DNA from: Anaerohalosphaeraceae bacterium | GTDB taxonomy: Bacteria; Planctomycetota; Phycisphaerae; Sedimentisphaerales; Anaerohalosphaeraceae | Assembly (NCBI GenBank): GCA_963675525.2 | Contig: CAXXSL010000020.1 | Coordinates: 64,001 to 128,000 of the forward strand | DNA length: 64,000 nt | Direction: 5' to 3' | The notes under the pieces: generated by a model | Databases searched by the model: none | Told to the model about the DNA's origin: nothing | Seen by the model: only the letters and a program-made list of their open reading frames with translations | Shown: positions 39,782 through 48,525 of the stretch, one piece after another | Layout: each line of letters starts with the position of its first letter | Position numbering within the stretch: position 1 is the first letter of the stretch | Position numbers and translations under genes: made by a program

Positions 39782-42117
39782 AATCCCTAAAAGATATAGA
39801 ACGGTTAGTCAGCGAGTTTCAGACAAAACCCAGTCAATCAATGGACAAGCGAGTTGAAAATGATGTTCGCAACACCATTGAAAACCAAAATAAGAAAAAT
39901 GCGGCTGTCAAACAGCCGAACATATGGAGCCAAATTATGCACAGCAAAACGATAAAACCCATTGCGGCAGCGATTATTATTGTGGCGGCTGTTTTGGGGT
40001 TGACCCTGCTTGAAAGAACTGTCTCGCCGGCGTATGCGGTTGAGCAGACGGTTGAGGCGATGCGCGGTGTACAAAACCTGCGCCTTACGATTGCAAACGG
40101 TCCCAAACCGATGGATATGATCATGTTAATCAATCAACGGACCGGGCGGGCCGATCACATCCGGATGGACGTGCCCGATTCCGGCGATATAACAATTACG
40201 ATTCCCGGCCAAACGTACGTGTACAACAAACAGAAAAATGAAGTCACATTCCTTCCGCAGGAACTGCTCCGGAACGACCTGAACTTTAAGGATGTCATCA
40301 ATTCGTTAGTTGAACAGACCAACGCCGCTGAAGGCCGGATTGAAATTTTGAATCAATTCAACGATCTGGCGGGCAAAGAGGTCATTTCCGTGAGCATTAT
40401 CCGAAAAAACGAGAGCATAGCCGGCCAGTTTCTGATCGATCCGGAGACAAATCTTCCGATTTATCTCGGCATGGACGCCGGTGGCCAGTTCAATTACATG
40501 GGACCGATTGAATATAATATCAATTTATCCGGCGATACGTTTGATTTCATTATTCCAAACGGAGCGACAGTCACGGATAATCGCCCCGAAGAATTGAAAG
40601 CCCAAAATCCAAAATCGTCCGAAGACGCCGAATTTAATCTCCTCGAAACGGCAATGGCTCTACAGTCGGCGTACAATGGTCACGGAATACTGATCGATCG
40701 CCAGGGACGGCGAGTTGAAGTATGGGCCGAAATAAATCCCAAGACAGGCATGATGGGAAAAGGACGCCTGGAATATGAGGACGGTGGACTGTACATTATG
40801 GCTGACGGCAAAACCTATTTCGAAGATGACGGTATAGTCGGACTCAAAGACGGACACTTCTTTGCCTCAAATATTATGTTCAACAACTTTATTGCTACTG
40901 CCGCCCAGCGCATCGGTGATCAGGATGTGATGACTGTCGAAAAAACATTCAGCGATGAATTCAGACGAGAGGTCATTGCTGTCTCGGTCAAACGTCCCTG
41001 GGTTCATCTGGATGCCGTCATCGACCCGGAGACCAAACGTCCGATCAAGTTAAGTGTTCCGTTTACAATGGATAAAACGGAGATTTTGGATTATACCGAG
41101 TTGATTGAGTACAATGTAGATCTTCCGCCGGGCTGTTTCGATTTCGAAACCGGCCCCGATGTCCTGATTCTTGGTAAAGATCTGGACACGCAATTTTCAA
41201 ACGACCCCGATTACGGAATGTCTTATGACGATACGGAAGACATCCAGCAGGTTTGCCGACGGATTGCCGAGTGCTATCTGCAGGCCAAAATTGATGGCGA
41301 TATTGAAATGATCAAAAATCTTCATCCCATCCACATCAATCGGTACGGCAGTAATAAAATGATCGAACAGTCGGAAATTCAGGAAATATCCTCAAACGGA
41401 AAAATTGTGGAGATACTGGATTTTAAGCCTGCATACGAATATCGCCCCAGGCAAATGATGGTCCCCTGTAACGTTATCAAAGACCACTCCGGCCAACATC
41501 AGGAAATTCTCGTTGGAGTGATTGTTTATCTTCGCCAACATCATGGTCAAAAGTCAGCCGTCATTACCGGTTACTATCCCCGACTTTTAGGTAAATTCAC
41601 GGTAACCCCGGACGGGGCCGATCTTGGCGCCGTAACGTACGATGGGCTTGAACCGGGCACATTGATGCAGAACTGGCTGGTAATGGGGCCGATCCCGGTT
41701 GAAGGCAACCAGGAGGCTCATCGTATTGCATTTGATACCCTCCACATCAATCCTGCTTATTTTGAGCCGACGATATATATTAATGGAAAACCGAACCAAT
41801 GGCGTCTGCTCACCAATGAAATCGGTTTCATCGATCTGACCCGCCCGTTCCAGAATATCATGGGAATTCTTTACGCCTGGGCTCAAGTCGAAATGCCTGA
41901 AGAAACAACGGCCGTACTGGGCATCGGTTCCGATGATGGTGTCAAGGTCTGGCTCAACGGTCAATTGGTACATGAAAACTGGGTCAGCCGCGGCGTGAAC
42001 GTTGACAATGACCGAGTGCCGGTTACCTTCAAACAAGGCACAAACCAGCTTGTGATCAAAATCCAGAATCAAGGCGGCGGCCCATGGGGATTCTGCTGCC
42101 GGATGCTGGAAGAATAA
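39778..42117 (+). CDS. Putative membrane anti-sigma factor 2 (TM + two LolA-like repeats + PA14-like domain)
   Basis: ATGA overlap; TM KPIAAAIIIV; two IDPET..P / IEYN...FDF units; GSDDGVKVWLNG. Confidence 0.75.
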   Translation: MKSLKDIERLVSEFQTKPSQSMDKRVENDVRNTIENQNKKNAAVKQPNIWSQIMHSKTIKPIAAAIIIVAAVLGLTLLERTVSPAYAVEQTVEAMRGVQNLRLTIANGPKPMDMIMLINQRTGRADHIRMDVPDSGDITITIPGQTYVYNKQKNEVTFLPQELLRNDLNFKDVINSLVEQTNAAEGRIEILNQFNDLAGKEVISVSIIRKNESIAGQFLIDPETNLPIYLGMDAGGQFNYMGPIEYNINLSGDTFDFIIPNGATVTDNRPEELKAQNPKSSEDAEFNLLETAMALQSAYNGHGILIDRQGRRVEVWAEINPKTGMMGKGRLEYEDGGLYIMADGKTYFEDDGIVGLKDGHFFASNIMFNNFIATAAQRIGDQDVMTVEKTFSDEFRREVIAVSVKRPWVHLDAVIDPETKRPIKLSVPFTMDKTEILDYTELIEYNVDLPPGCFDFETGPDVLILGKDLDTQFSNDPDYGMSYDDTEDIQQVCRRIAECYLQAKIDGDIEMIKNLHPIHINRYGSNKMIEQSEIQEISSNGKIVEILDFKPAYEYRPRQMMVPCNVIKDHSGQHQEILVGVIVYLRQHHGQKSAVITGYYPRLLGKFTVTPDGADLGAVTYDGLEPGTLMQNWLVMGPIPVEGNQEAHRIAFDTLHINPAYFEPTIYINGKPNQWRLLTNEIGFIDLTRPFQNIMGILYAWAQVEMPEETTAVLGIGSDDGVKVWLNGQLVHENWVSRGVNVDNDRVPVTFKQGTNQLVIKIQNQGGGPWGFCCRMLEE

Positions 42118-42155
42118 ACCTCCCAAAACAGATATAGCGATTTATTGCTAAATCT

Positions 42156-42186
42156 AAGCCGGACTGTATACAGCCCGGCTTTTTTT
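42156..42186 (+). terminator. Intrinsic terminator, cassette 2
   Basis: AAGCCGGACTG-TATA-CAGCCCGGCT + T run. Confidence 0.85.
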
Positions 42187-42215
42187 ATGTAAAACTCGGA
42201 AATTTTGAAAATTTC

Positions 42216-42245
42216 TATACGAAAACCCCGTCCTGTACTATCTTA
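42216..42245 (+). promoter_or_regulatory. Putative ECF promoter, cassette 3
   Basis: TATAC-G-AAAA-N13-TATCTTA. Confidence 0.5.
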
Positions 42246-42284
42246 TTCACAGACAATCGATTGTTTCTATAGAGAAGGCCGGAT

Positions 42285-42833
42285 TTGATGATACAGGAAA
42301 AACTGTTAATGATGCGATTTAACCGCGGCGACCACGGTGCCCTTCGCAACATCTACGCCTTGTACAAAGACGATCTCGTCAGTCTGGCCAGCGCTCTTTT
42401 ACATGATAAAACATCCGCAGAAGATGCGGTACACGATGTCTTTGCTGAGTTGATTTCGAAACAGGCAACCCTGAAAATCACGCAAAACCTCCGACAATAC
42501 CTGTTGACGGCCGTAGTAAATTCAGCACGTCGGCAATATCACCTGCATATAAAGAGACCTCAAACGTCTTTGGATGCGGAAAATGCCCCGGACATCGAAA
42601 CCCAAAGCCCGCCGGAATCGCCGGTGATGTTCGACGAGCAGCAGCGACATCTTGAAAACGCCCTGTCAGCGTTGCCCCATGAGCAGCGTGAGGTCATTCT
42701 GCTGCGGCATTTCAGCGGTTTCAGATTTAAAAAAATCGCTCAAATGCAGAACGTTTCCATTAATACCGTCCAGGGCCGTTATCGCTACGGCCTTGATAAA
42801 CTGCGGTCACTCTTAAACGGAGAATTGTTATGA
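42285..42833 (+). CDS. ECF sigma factor, cassette 3
   Basis: AEDAVHDVF, LPHEQREVI, TVQGRYRYGLDKLR. Confidence 0.92.
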   Translation: MMIQEKLLMMRFNRGDHGALRNIYALYKDDLVSLASALLHDKTSAEDAVHDVFAELISKQATLKITQNLRQYLLTAVVNSARRQYHLHIKRPQTSLDAENAPDIETQSPPESPVMFDEQQRHLENALSALPHEQREVILLRHFSGFRFKKIAQMQNVSINTVQGRYRYGLDKLRSLLNGELL

Positions 42834-44008
42834 ACGCGACCGATAAAATAGATAAATTGATTAAAAATCTAAAAACCACAGCCAGTCCCGAACTGGACCG
42901 GCGAATCGACACTCTGCTGGAACGATCCAAACAAAGTCAGACTCGATCGCTGAATACATGGAGAAAAATCATGAAAAATCCAATTACAAAATTTACAGCC
43001 GCGGCAATCATTATCCTTGCCGTTCTGATCGGCGTCTATCAAATTACCGGTTCCATTGACGGGTCCGGTGTCGCTTGGGCGGATGTGATCCGTCCTGTGC
43101 TGAAAGCCGTATCAGTTGAATACGATGCAGTCATTGATGAGACCGGGGACGATCCACAGCGGTTCCATGATGTAGTGGTGGGGCCGCGGATCCATCGCAG
43201 TTATGCCGAAGGACCGGTGCAGAAGGCAATTATTGACACCGAGACCAAAACGCTTTTTTTGCTGGTACCGAGTGAAAAGACAGCCGTTACCATCTATTTT
43301 AGAAATCTGCCGGAAAAACTAAATCCGATGAGCCAGGTGCAAAACATTCTCCTGGAACTGCAAGATGATCCCGGCTTTGAAGTACAGGAGACAGGTCCCG
43401 AAACAATTGACGGCCAAGCGGCGGTGGGTTTTTGGGCTACTCATCCCCAAAAGGAACTGATGATCTGGGCCGATCCGGTCACTTCGATTCCGATTCGTAT
43501 TGATATCAAAGATGTACTGGCCGAAGATGTGATTTGTCGGAATTTTCAGTTTAACAGCCAAGTTTCCCAGTCCTTGATGGAGATGGAGGTCCCGCAGGGA
43601 TTTGTCCACGAAAAGCACATGCTTGATCTGGCCGGTCTGCCCGAAGCGAATTTGATCGAGGGCCTGCGGTTTTATGCTAAGCTTAACGACGGCCTGTTTC
43701 CGGAGGATGTTTCGGTGCTGCATTGTATCCAGCCGGATAAGGATATTCAGGATCGTATCGAAACACTCACTCCACACGATCAGGAAGCGCTTCAGATCCT
43801 GATGCAGACGATTCGTCAATTTCTCCTGCTACAGTATTACCGTGGACCGGGACAGTGGCACTGGATCGGTACGGGTGTAGAGTTGGGTGATGCAAACACA
43901 CCGATTTACTGGTATCAGTCCGTGGATTCTTCAACCTATCGTGTGATTTACGGGGACCTGCATGTCGAAGATGCCACTGAAAACGAACTGCCAAAGGCAG
44001 GGAATTGA
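42830..44008 (+). CDS. Putative membrane anti-sigma factor 3 (TM + LolA-like domain + distinct C-terminal domain)
   Basis: ATGA overlap; SPELDRRI; TM TKFTAAAIII; IWADPVTSIPIRI. Confidence 0.75.
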   Translation: MNATDKIDKLIKNLKTTASPELDRRIDTLLERSKQSQTRSLNTWRKIMKNPITKFTAAAIIILAVLIGVYQITGSIDGSGVAWADVIRPVLKAVSVEYDAVIDETGDDPQRFHDVVVGPRIHRSYAEGPVQKAIIDTETKTLFLLVPSEKTAVTIYFRNLPEKLNPMSQVQNILLELQDDPGFEVQETGPETIDGQAAVGFWATHPQKELMIWADPVTSIPIRIDIKDVLAEDVICRNFQFNSQVSQSLMEMEVPQGFVHEKHMLDLAGLPEANLIEGLRFYAKLNDGLFPEDVSVLHCIQPDKDIQDRIETLTPHDQEALQILMQTIRQFLLLQYYRGPGQWHWIGTGVELGDANTPIYWYQSVDSSTYRVIYGDLHVEDATENELPKAGN

Positions 44009-44029
44009 CCATTCTCATAGATCTAGCCC

Positions 44030-44060
44030 GGCCGCACTTTTCAGAGTGCGGCCTTTTTTT
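44030..44060 (+). terminator. Intrinsic terminator, cassette 3
   Basis: GGCCGCACT...AGTGCGGCC + T7. Confidence 0.85.
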
Positions 44061-44263
44061 GCGCCGGGCATGGTTTTATACTTATGGGGTTGTCCCCTGC
44101 GGACCGAAATGGACGCTAACCGAAAGTCGACGGCAACTGCGGTTCGGTGATGTGTCGAGCAGGCATGCCGGGTGGTATGAGAGGCAGGAACGACGAAGCC
44201 CCGCCTACTCGATTGTGCAAAAAAAGTCGTAACAATCCACGGCGAAATGAGTATAATGATACT

Positions 44264-45037
44264 ATGCGATTGAAGTTTGTGACATGTAAAGTGATGCAGC
44301 GGGAGGCCTATTTGTGTGCGTCCCGGAGCCCGAATATCGTCGATATTGTGCTGATGCCGCAGGGTCTGCATGATACGCCTGACATTTTGCGCAGCGAAGT
44401 CCAGAAAGAACTGGACAAAACCGCCGACCCGGCCGGTAAGCCTTATGACGGCATCCTGCTGGGCTATTGCCTGTGCAGTAACGGCATAACCGGCCTTCAC
44501 AGCGATATTCCTGTCGTTGTTGCCCGCGGGCATGACTGCATGACCCTGCTGCTCGGTTCGCGGCATACGTATCAGGACTACTTCGACACGCACAAAGGGG
44601 TTTACTGGTACAGTATCGGTTGGATTGAACAATGCAACGACCTGATGCCCGGCAAAGACCGATACGAGCAAAAGCTGGCCGAATACACTGAAAAGTTCGG
44701 CCCGGACAACGCGCAATACCTGATGGAGACCGAGCAAAACTGGATACGGGAATACCAGCGGGCGGTTTTCATCGACTGGGATTTGCCGGGAACCGACGAG
44801 TATAAAGAGTACACGAAACACTGCGCCAATTACCTGAACTGGGCGTATGACGAAATCAAAGGGGATGTGTCGCTCATGCAGCGGCTGTTGGACGGCGACT
44901 GGCCCCATGAGGACTTTCTCGTGGTCAAGCCCGGCGAGACGATTCGCGACGACCTGACCGAACCGCACATTATGAAAACCGAACCGCACTGCGGCCAATG
45001 CGGTCATACCGAGACACCGCCTGAGGATTCGCCATGA
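44264..45037 (+). CDS. DUF1638-like protein
   Basis: TCKV..RE, GLHDTP..L, LGYCLCSNG, HDCMTLLLG, Y..GW; start reassigned to MRLKFV. Confidence 0.82.
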   Translation: MRLKFVTCKVMQREAYLCASRSPNIVDIVLMPQGLHDTPDILRSEVQKELDKTADPAGKPYDGILLGYCLCSNGITGLHSDIPVVVARGHDCMTLLLGSRHTYQDYFDTHKGVYWYSIGWIEQCNDLMPGKDRYEQKLAEYTEKFGPDNAQYLMETEQNWIREYQRAVFIDWDLPGTDEYKEYTKHCANYLNWAYDEIKGDVSLMQRLLDGDWPHEDFLVVKPGETIRDDLTEPHIMKTEPHCGQCGHTETPPEDSP

Positions 45038-45981
45038 AATCAATCGTCATGTCCACCCTGCCGGCCATGATCTTTGGCAGCACCGTCCTTTTGGTGTTTT
45101 ATCTGTACTTTCGCCTGTGGGCGATTTGGCTGTATCGAAATATCCGCAAAAAAGACACAAAGAGATATCTAACCGGCCGGATCGCTATTGCCCTGCACAT
45201 CATTGCCGGCATCGGAATTCTCTGTGTTCTGTATGGTTATTTCATAGAGCCCTATTGGCTTGAAATAAATAGAATCTCGATCCAAACGGATAAACTGAAA
45301 GACACCACTTTCCGCATCGTTCAGATATCCGATTTGCATTGTGACAAGAAAGTGCGATTGGAAGCAAAACTACCCGACATCATAAACAATCTTGATCCCG
45401 ATATCATTGTCTTCACCGGCGATACGATCAACCGAAAATCGGCCTTGCCGCTGTTTCAGGATACAATGCGGAAACTGCATGCCCCATTGGGTAAATTTGC
45501 CGTAAATGGCAATTGGGACTTGAGCTACTGGTCCAACCTCAAGCTGTTTGATGAAACGGGTTTTGAGGAGTTAAGGCTGCATGAAAGAATCGTTGAAAAA
45601 GACGGCGAATCCATCAGCATTTCCGGTTTAGCCTTTGAAAACGGGAAAACCAGTTTCCGTCTTGTCGGTAAACTTAAGCCGGAGAATTTCAATCTTTTTC
45701 TCTATCACAATAGCGGCTTGATGGATTATTTTGACAGTATTCCGATCGATCTGTATCTGTGCGGGCACACACACGGTGGACAGGTTGCCCTTCCGTTTTA
45801 CGGCGCCCTGACAACCCTGTCCCGCCACGGCAAAAAATACGAGGCAGGACTATATCGACAAGGACACATTCGGCTTTATGTCAATCGGGGAATTGGCCTG
45901 GAAGGCGGAATGTCGCCCAAAGTACGCTTCTGTGCCCGACCGGAAATCACGGTCTTTGACATCGGTCCCGAGACGCAATAG
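45034..45981 (+). CDS. Membrane-anchored metallophosphoesterase (YkuE/YaeI-like)
   Basis: SDLH, TGD, GNWD, GHTHGGQ, RFCARPEI. Confidence 0.9.
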   Translation: MKSIVMSTLPAMIFGSTVLLVFYLYFRLWAIWLYRNIRKKDTKRYLTGRIAIALHIIAGIGILCVLYGYFIEPYWLEINRISIQTDKLKDTTFRIVQISDLHCDKKVRLEAKLPDIINNLDPDIIVFTGDTINRKSALPLFQDTMRKLHAPLGKFAVNGNWDLSYWSNLKLFDETGFEELRLHERIVEKDGESISISGLAFENGKTSFRLVGKLKPENFNLFLYHNSGLMDYFDSIPIDLYLCGHTHGGQVALPFYGALTTLSRHGKKYEAGLYRQGHIRLYVNRGIGLEGGMSPKVRFCARPEITVFDIGPETQ

Positions 45982-45992
45982 AATGGATCGGC

Positions 45993-46571
45993 ATGGATAA
46001 TATTCTTGAAATTATCACGATATCCGGTATCGCCGTCGGGCTGGCGATGGACGCCTTTGCGGTTTCCGTTGTCAGCGGTTCGGCTTTTAAAACTATGTGC
46101 GTTCGCTGTGCGCTGCGGATGGCGTTTTTCTTCGGGGCGTTCCAGGCCGTCATGCCGCTACTGGGCTATCTGGCGGGGAACACGCTGGCCGGGCATATTG
46201 TCGCTTATGACCACTGGGTTGCATTCGGTCTGCTGCTTCTCATCGGCGGCAAAATGATTTACGAGTCATTCAAAATCAGCGATATGGAAAATAAAGCCAA
46301 GGACCCGTCCTGCCCTGTGACGCTGGTGATGCTGAGCATTGCGACCAGTATTGATGCGCTGGCGGTCGGGGTGACGCTGTCGCTTATTACACAACACATT
46401 TATGTTGCGGTTGCGGTGATCGGACTCATTACCTTTGTGCTGTCGTATATCGGCTATGAAATCGGTAAACGAATGGGGCATTTCTTCGAGAATAAAATCG
46501 AAATCATCGGCGGGCTTATCCTCATCGCCATCGGGCTGAAAATCCTTATTAGCCACCTCTTAGTGGCCTAA
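45993..46571 (+). CDS. mntP: Manganese efflux pump MntP family
   Basis: LAMDAFAVS, FQAVMP, ATSIDALAVG. Confidence 0.92.
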   Translation: MDNILEIITISGIAVGLAMDAFAVSVVSGSAFKTMCVRCALRMAFFFGAFQAVMPLLGYLAGNTLAGHIVAYDHWVAFGLLLLIGGKMIYESFKISDMENKAKDPSCPVTLVMLSIATSIDALAVGVTLSLITQHIYVAVAVIGLITFVLSYIGYEIGKRMGHFFENKIEIIGGLILIAIGLKILISHLLVA

Positions 46572-46616
46572 AAATTAGGAAATTCCATCTTTTTTTAAAA
46601 AAATAATGTTTTCGGA

Positions 46617-46645
46617 TTGACTTTTTGCATCATTTTCTCTATTAT
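46617..46645 (+). promoter_or_regulatory. Sigma70-type promoter of Rrf2-TauE operon
   Basis: TTGACT-17-TATTAT. Confidence 0.55.
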
Positions 46646-46743
46646 GTTTATGGAGTTAGTAAAGATAAGTCAAAGCAACCGAAATTCCGGTAATATCGGC
46701 TTCAAGCATTAGACGGTTTTTTTGTGATTTTAAGGGAAAAAAC

Positions 46744-47145
46744 ATGAAACTAACGACAAAAAGTGAATACTCGATTTTAGCATTGTTATATTTAACCCGT
46801 CAGCCAAAAGACCATTTCGTCAAAGTTGATGAAATCGTCGCAGCATGTGATATTCCCAAGAAATATCTCGAACTGCTGTTGATGGCACTTCGCCAAAACC
46901 GCCTGATCAAAACGCGACGCGGAAAACAAGGCGGTTACCAACTGGCCAAACCGGCCAATCAAATCACCTTGGCTGAAGTGATCCGGATGATGGACGGAGC
47001 GCTGGCCCCGACCGAATCGGTCAGCACCTATTTTCATTCGGATACCCCGCTTTCGAAAGAACCCAATCTGCTGGCAGTCTTTCAGGATATCCGGGACTAC
47101 ATTTCAGATAAACTTGAAAATTTGACTTTAAAAGACCTTATTTAA
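46744..47145 (+). CDS. Rrf2-family transcriptional regulator (lacks Fe-S Cys triad; CymR-like)
   Basis: TTKSEY, IPKKYLE, RGKQGGYQLA, ITLAEVIR. Confidence 0.9.
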   Translation: MKLTTKSEYSILALLYLTRQPKDHFVKVDEIVAACDIPKKYLELLLMALRQNRLIKTRRGKQGGYQLAKPANQITLAEVIRMMDGALAPTESVSTYFHSDTPLSKEPNLLAVFQDIRDYISDKLENLTLKDLI

Positions 47146-47158
47146 GTGGAGGATTAAC

Positions 47159-47995
47159 ATGGAACTGACTCTTATAACCATTGTCACGATTATGATTCTG
47201 GCTTTTGCCTGCGAATATATGGACTCGACGCTGGGGATGGGATACGGCACGACGTTGACGCCGGTTTTTATGCTGATGGGATTTCAGGTCAGCGAAATTG
47301 TCCCGGCTATCCTTGTCAGTGAACTCTGTACCGGCTTGTTGGCGGGCATCTGTCATCATGCCGAGGGGAACGTCAACTTCCGTCCGAATAATAACAGCTT
47401 CCTTCGAGTTCATGAAATCATTCATCCCGTCAAATACTATCGCACCCTTAGCCAATCCCTGCCGATGCATTTGAAGATCGCCCTGCTGTTCGGGGTTTGC
47501 AGTGCCATCGGGGCGGTCGCGGCAGTTTATGTGGCGGTTAGTATTCCCAAATTCTGGCTTAAGATGTACATCGGCGTACTCGTGCTGTCGATGGGGATTT
47601 TAATTCTTGTGTTTTTCAATCGAAAGCTGAAATTTTCCTTCGCCAAGGTCACAGGCATGGGATTGCTTGCTTCTTTCAATAAAGGTATAAGCGGTGGCGG
47701 TTATGGACCGGTTGTTACGGCCGGACAAATACTTTCCGGTGTCGAAGGTAAAAGCGCGGTCGGGATTACCTCGCTGGCCGAATCGATTACCTGCTTTGTC
47801 GGCGTGGTGATGTACCTGTTAATCGGCAAGGAGATTAATTGGAGACTGGCCCCCTGGATTATTGTCGGAGCGGTCGCCTCTGTGCCCCTATCAGCGAAAA
47901 GCGTTAAATTTATCAGTGAACGAAAACTGAAGTTCGCCATTGCCATCGTAACGATTCTGCTTGGCTGCTTTACAATCTACAAAACACTGAAATAA
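47159..47995 (+). CDS. Sulfite exporter TauE/SafE family
   Basis: DSTLGMGYG, SGGGYGP, AVG; ~8 TMs. Confidence 0.85.
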   Translation: MELTLITIVTIMILAFACEYMDSTLGMGYGTTLTPVFMLMGFQVSEIVPAILVSELCTGLLAGICHHAEGNVNFRPNNNSFLRVHEIIHPVKYYRTLSQSLPMHLKIALLFGVCSAIGAVAAVYVAVSIPKFWLKMYIGVLVLSMGILILVFFNRKLKFSFAKVTGMGLLASFNKGISGGGYGPVVTAGQILSGVEGKSAVGITSLAESITCFVGVVMYLLIGKEINWRLAPWIIVGAVASVPLSAKSVKFISERKLKFAIAIVTILLGCFTIYKTLK

Positions 47996-48008
47996 AGAGG
48001 TGTATTAT

Positions 48009-48515
48009 TTACGCAGGCGTCGTATCGTCAGGGAATATCTCATTAAACATCTGGCTGTCCAGATTGCGGGCATAATAATTATGGACCGCTCTCTGCCCCC
48101 TGCCTTTCACATCGGTCAGTGAGGAAGTTACGCCCATGCGAATCATCGCGACAATGAACAGGCACGCGGCAACATTAAACCATTTTTCGATGGTGGGCCG
48201 TTTTCGCTCGATCCAGTGCGGCCGTGGTCTTGAATGACGAAGGTTTTCCGATTGCGGCATATCACGCAGTGAATGTTTTAAGACACCGATTGCTTTTGTA
48301 TTTGCTTTGGCCAGCAGATCAAAATTGTGCGGTTGAGATTTCAACAGAGACATCGCCAGTTCCACCCGGTTCGTCAGTGCCAGCCGCTTTTGACACCGTG
48401 GACAGGTCGCGACATGACCCGCAAGATGTTCGAGCACGGATTCTTTAAGGCGAGCCCATATGCCGAGTCCGCTTCGAATCTGTTTACATGAATTATATCG
48501 TTCTGTTTTTCTCAT
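48009..48515 (-). CDS. Zinc-binding (ZAS) anti-sigma factor with one TM
   Basis: HVATCPRC (HxxxCxxC), TM VAACLFIVAMI; start reassigned to MRKTE at 48515. Confidence 0.8.
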   Translation of the reverse strand: MRKTERYNSCKQIRSGLGIWARLKESVLEHLAGHVATCPRCQKRLALTNRVELAMSLLKSQPHNFDLLAKANTKAIGVLKHSLRDMPQSENLRHSRPRPHWIERKRPTIEKWFNVAACLFIVAMIRMGVTSSLTDVKGRGQRAVHNYYARNLDSQMFNEIFPDDTTPA

Positions 48516-48525
48516 AACGCACCTG

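Noticed and set aside
44086..44202. SRP RNA, 6S RNA or tRNA identity for the structured element
   Set aside because: Lacks the SRP GGAA tetraloop/AGCAG motif and a cloverleaf, and is short for 6S
44015..45043. 342-aa minus-strand ORF
   Set aside because: Antisense shadow of the well-supported DUF1638-like gene; no recognisable motifs
45960..45993. yybP-ykoY Mn riboswitch before mntP
   Set aside because: Only 11 nt separate mntP from the previous gene; no room or motif
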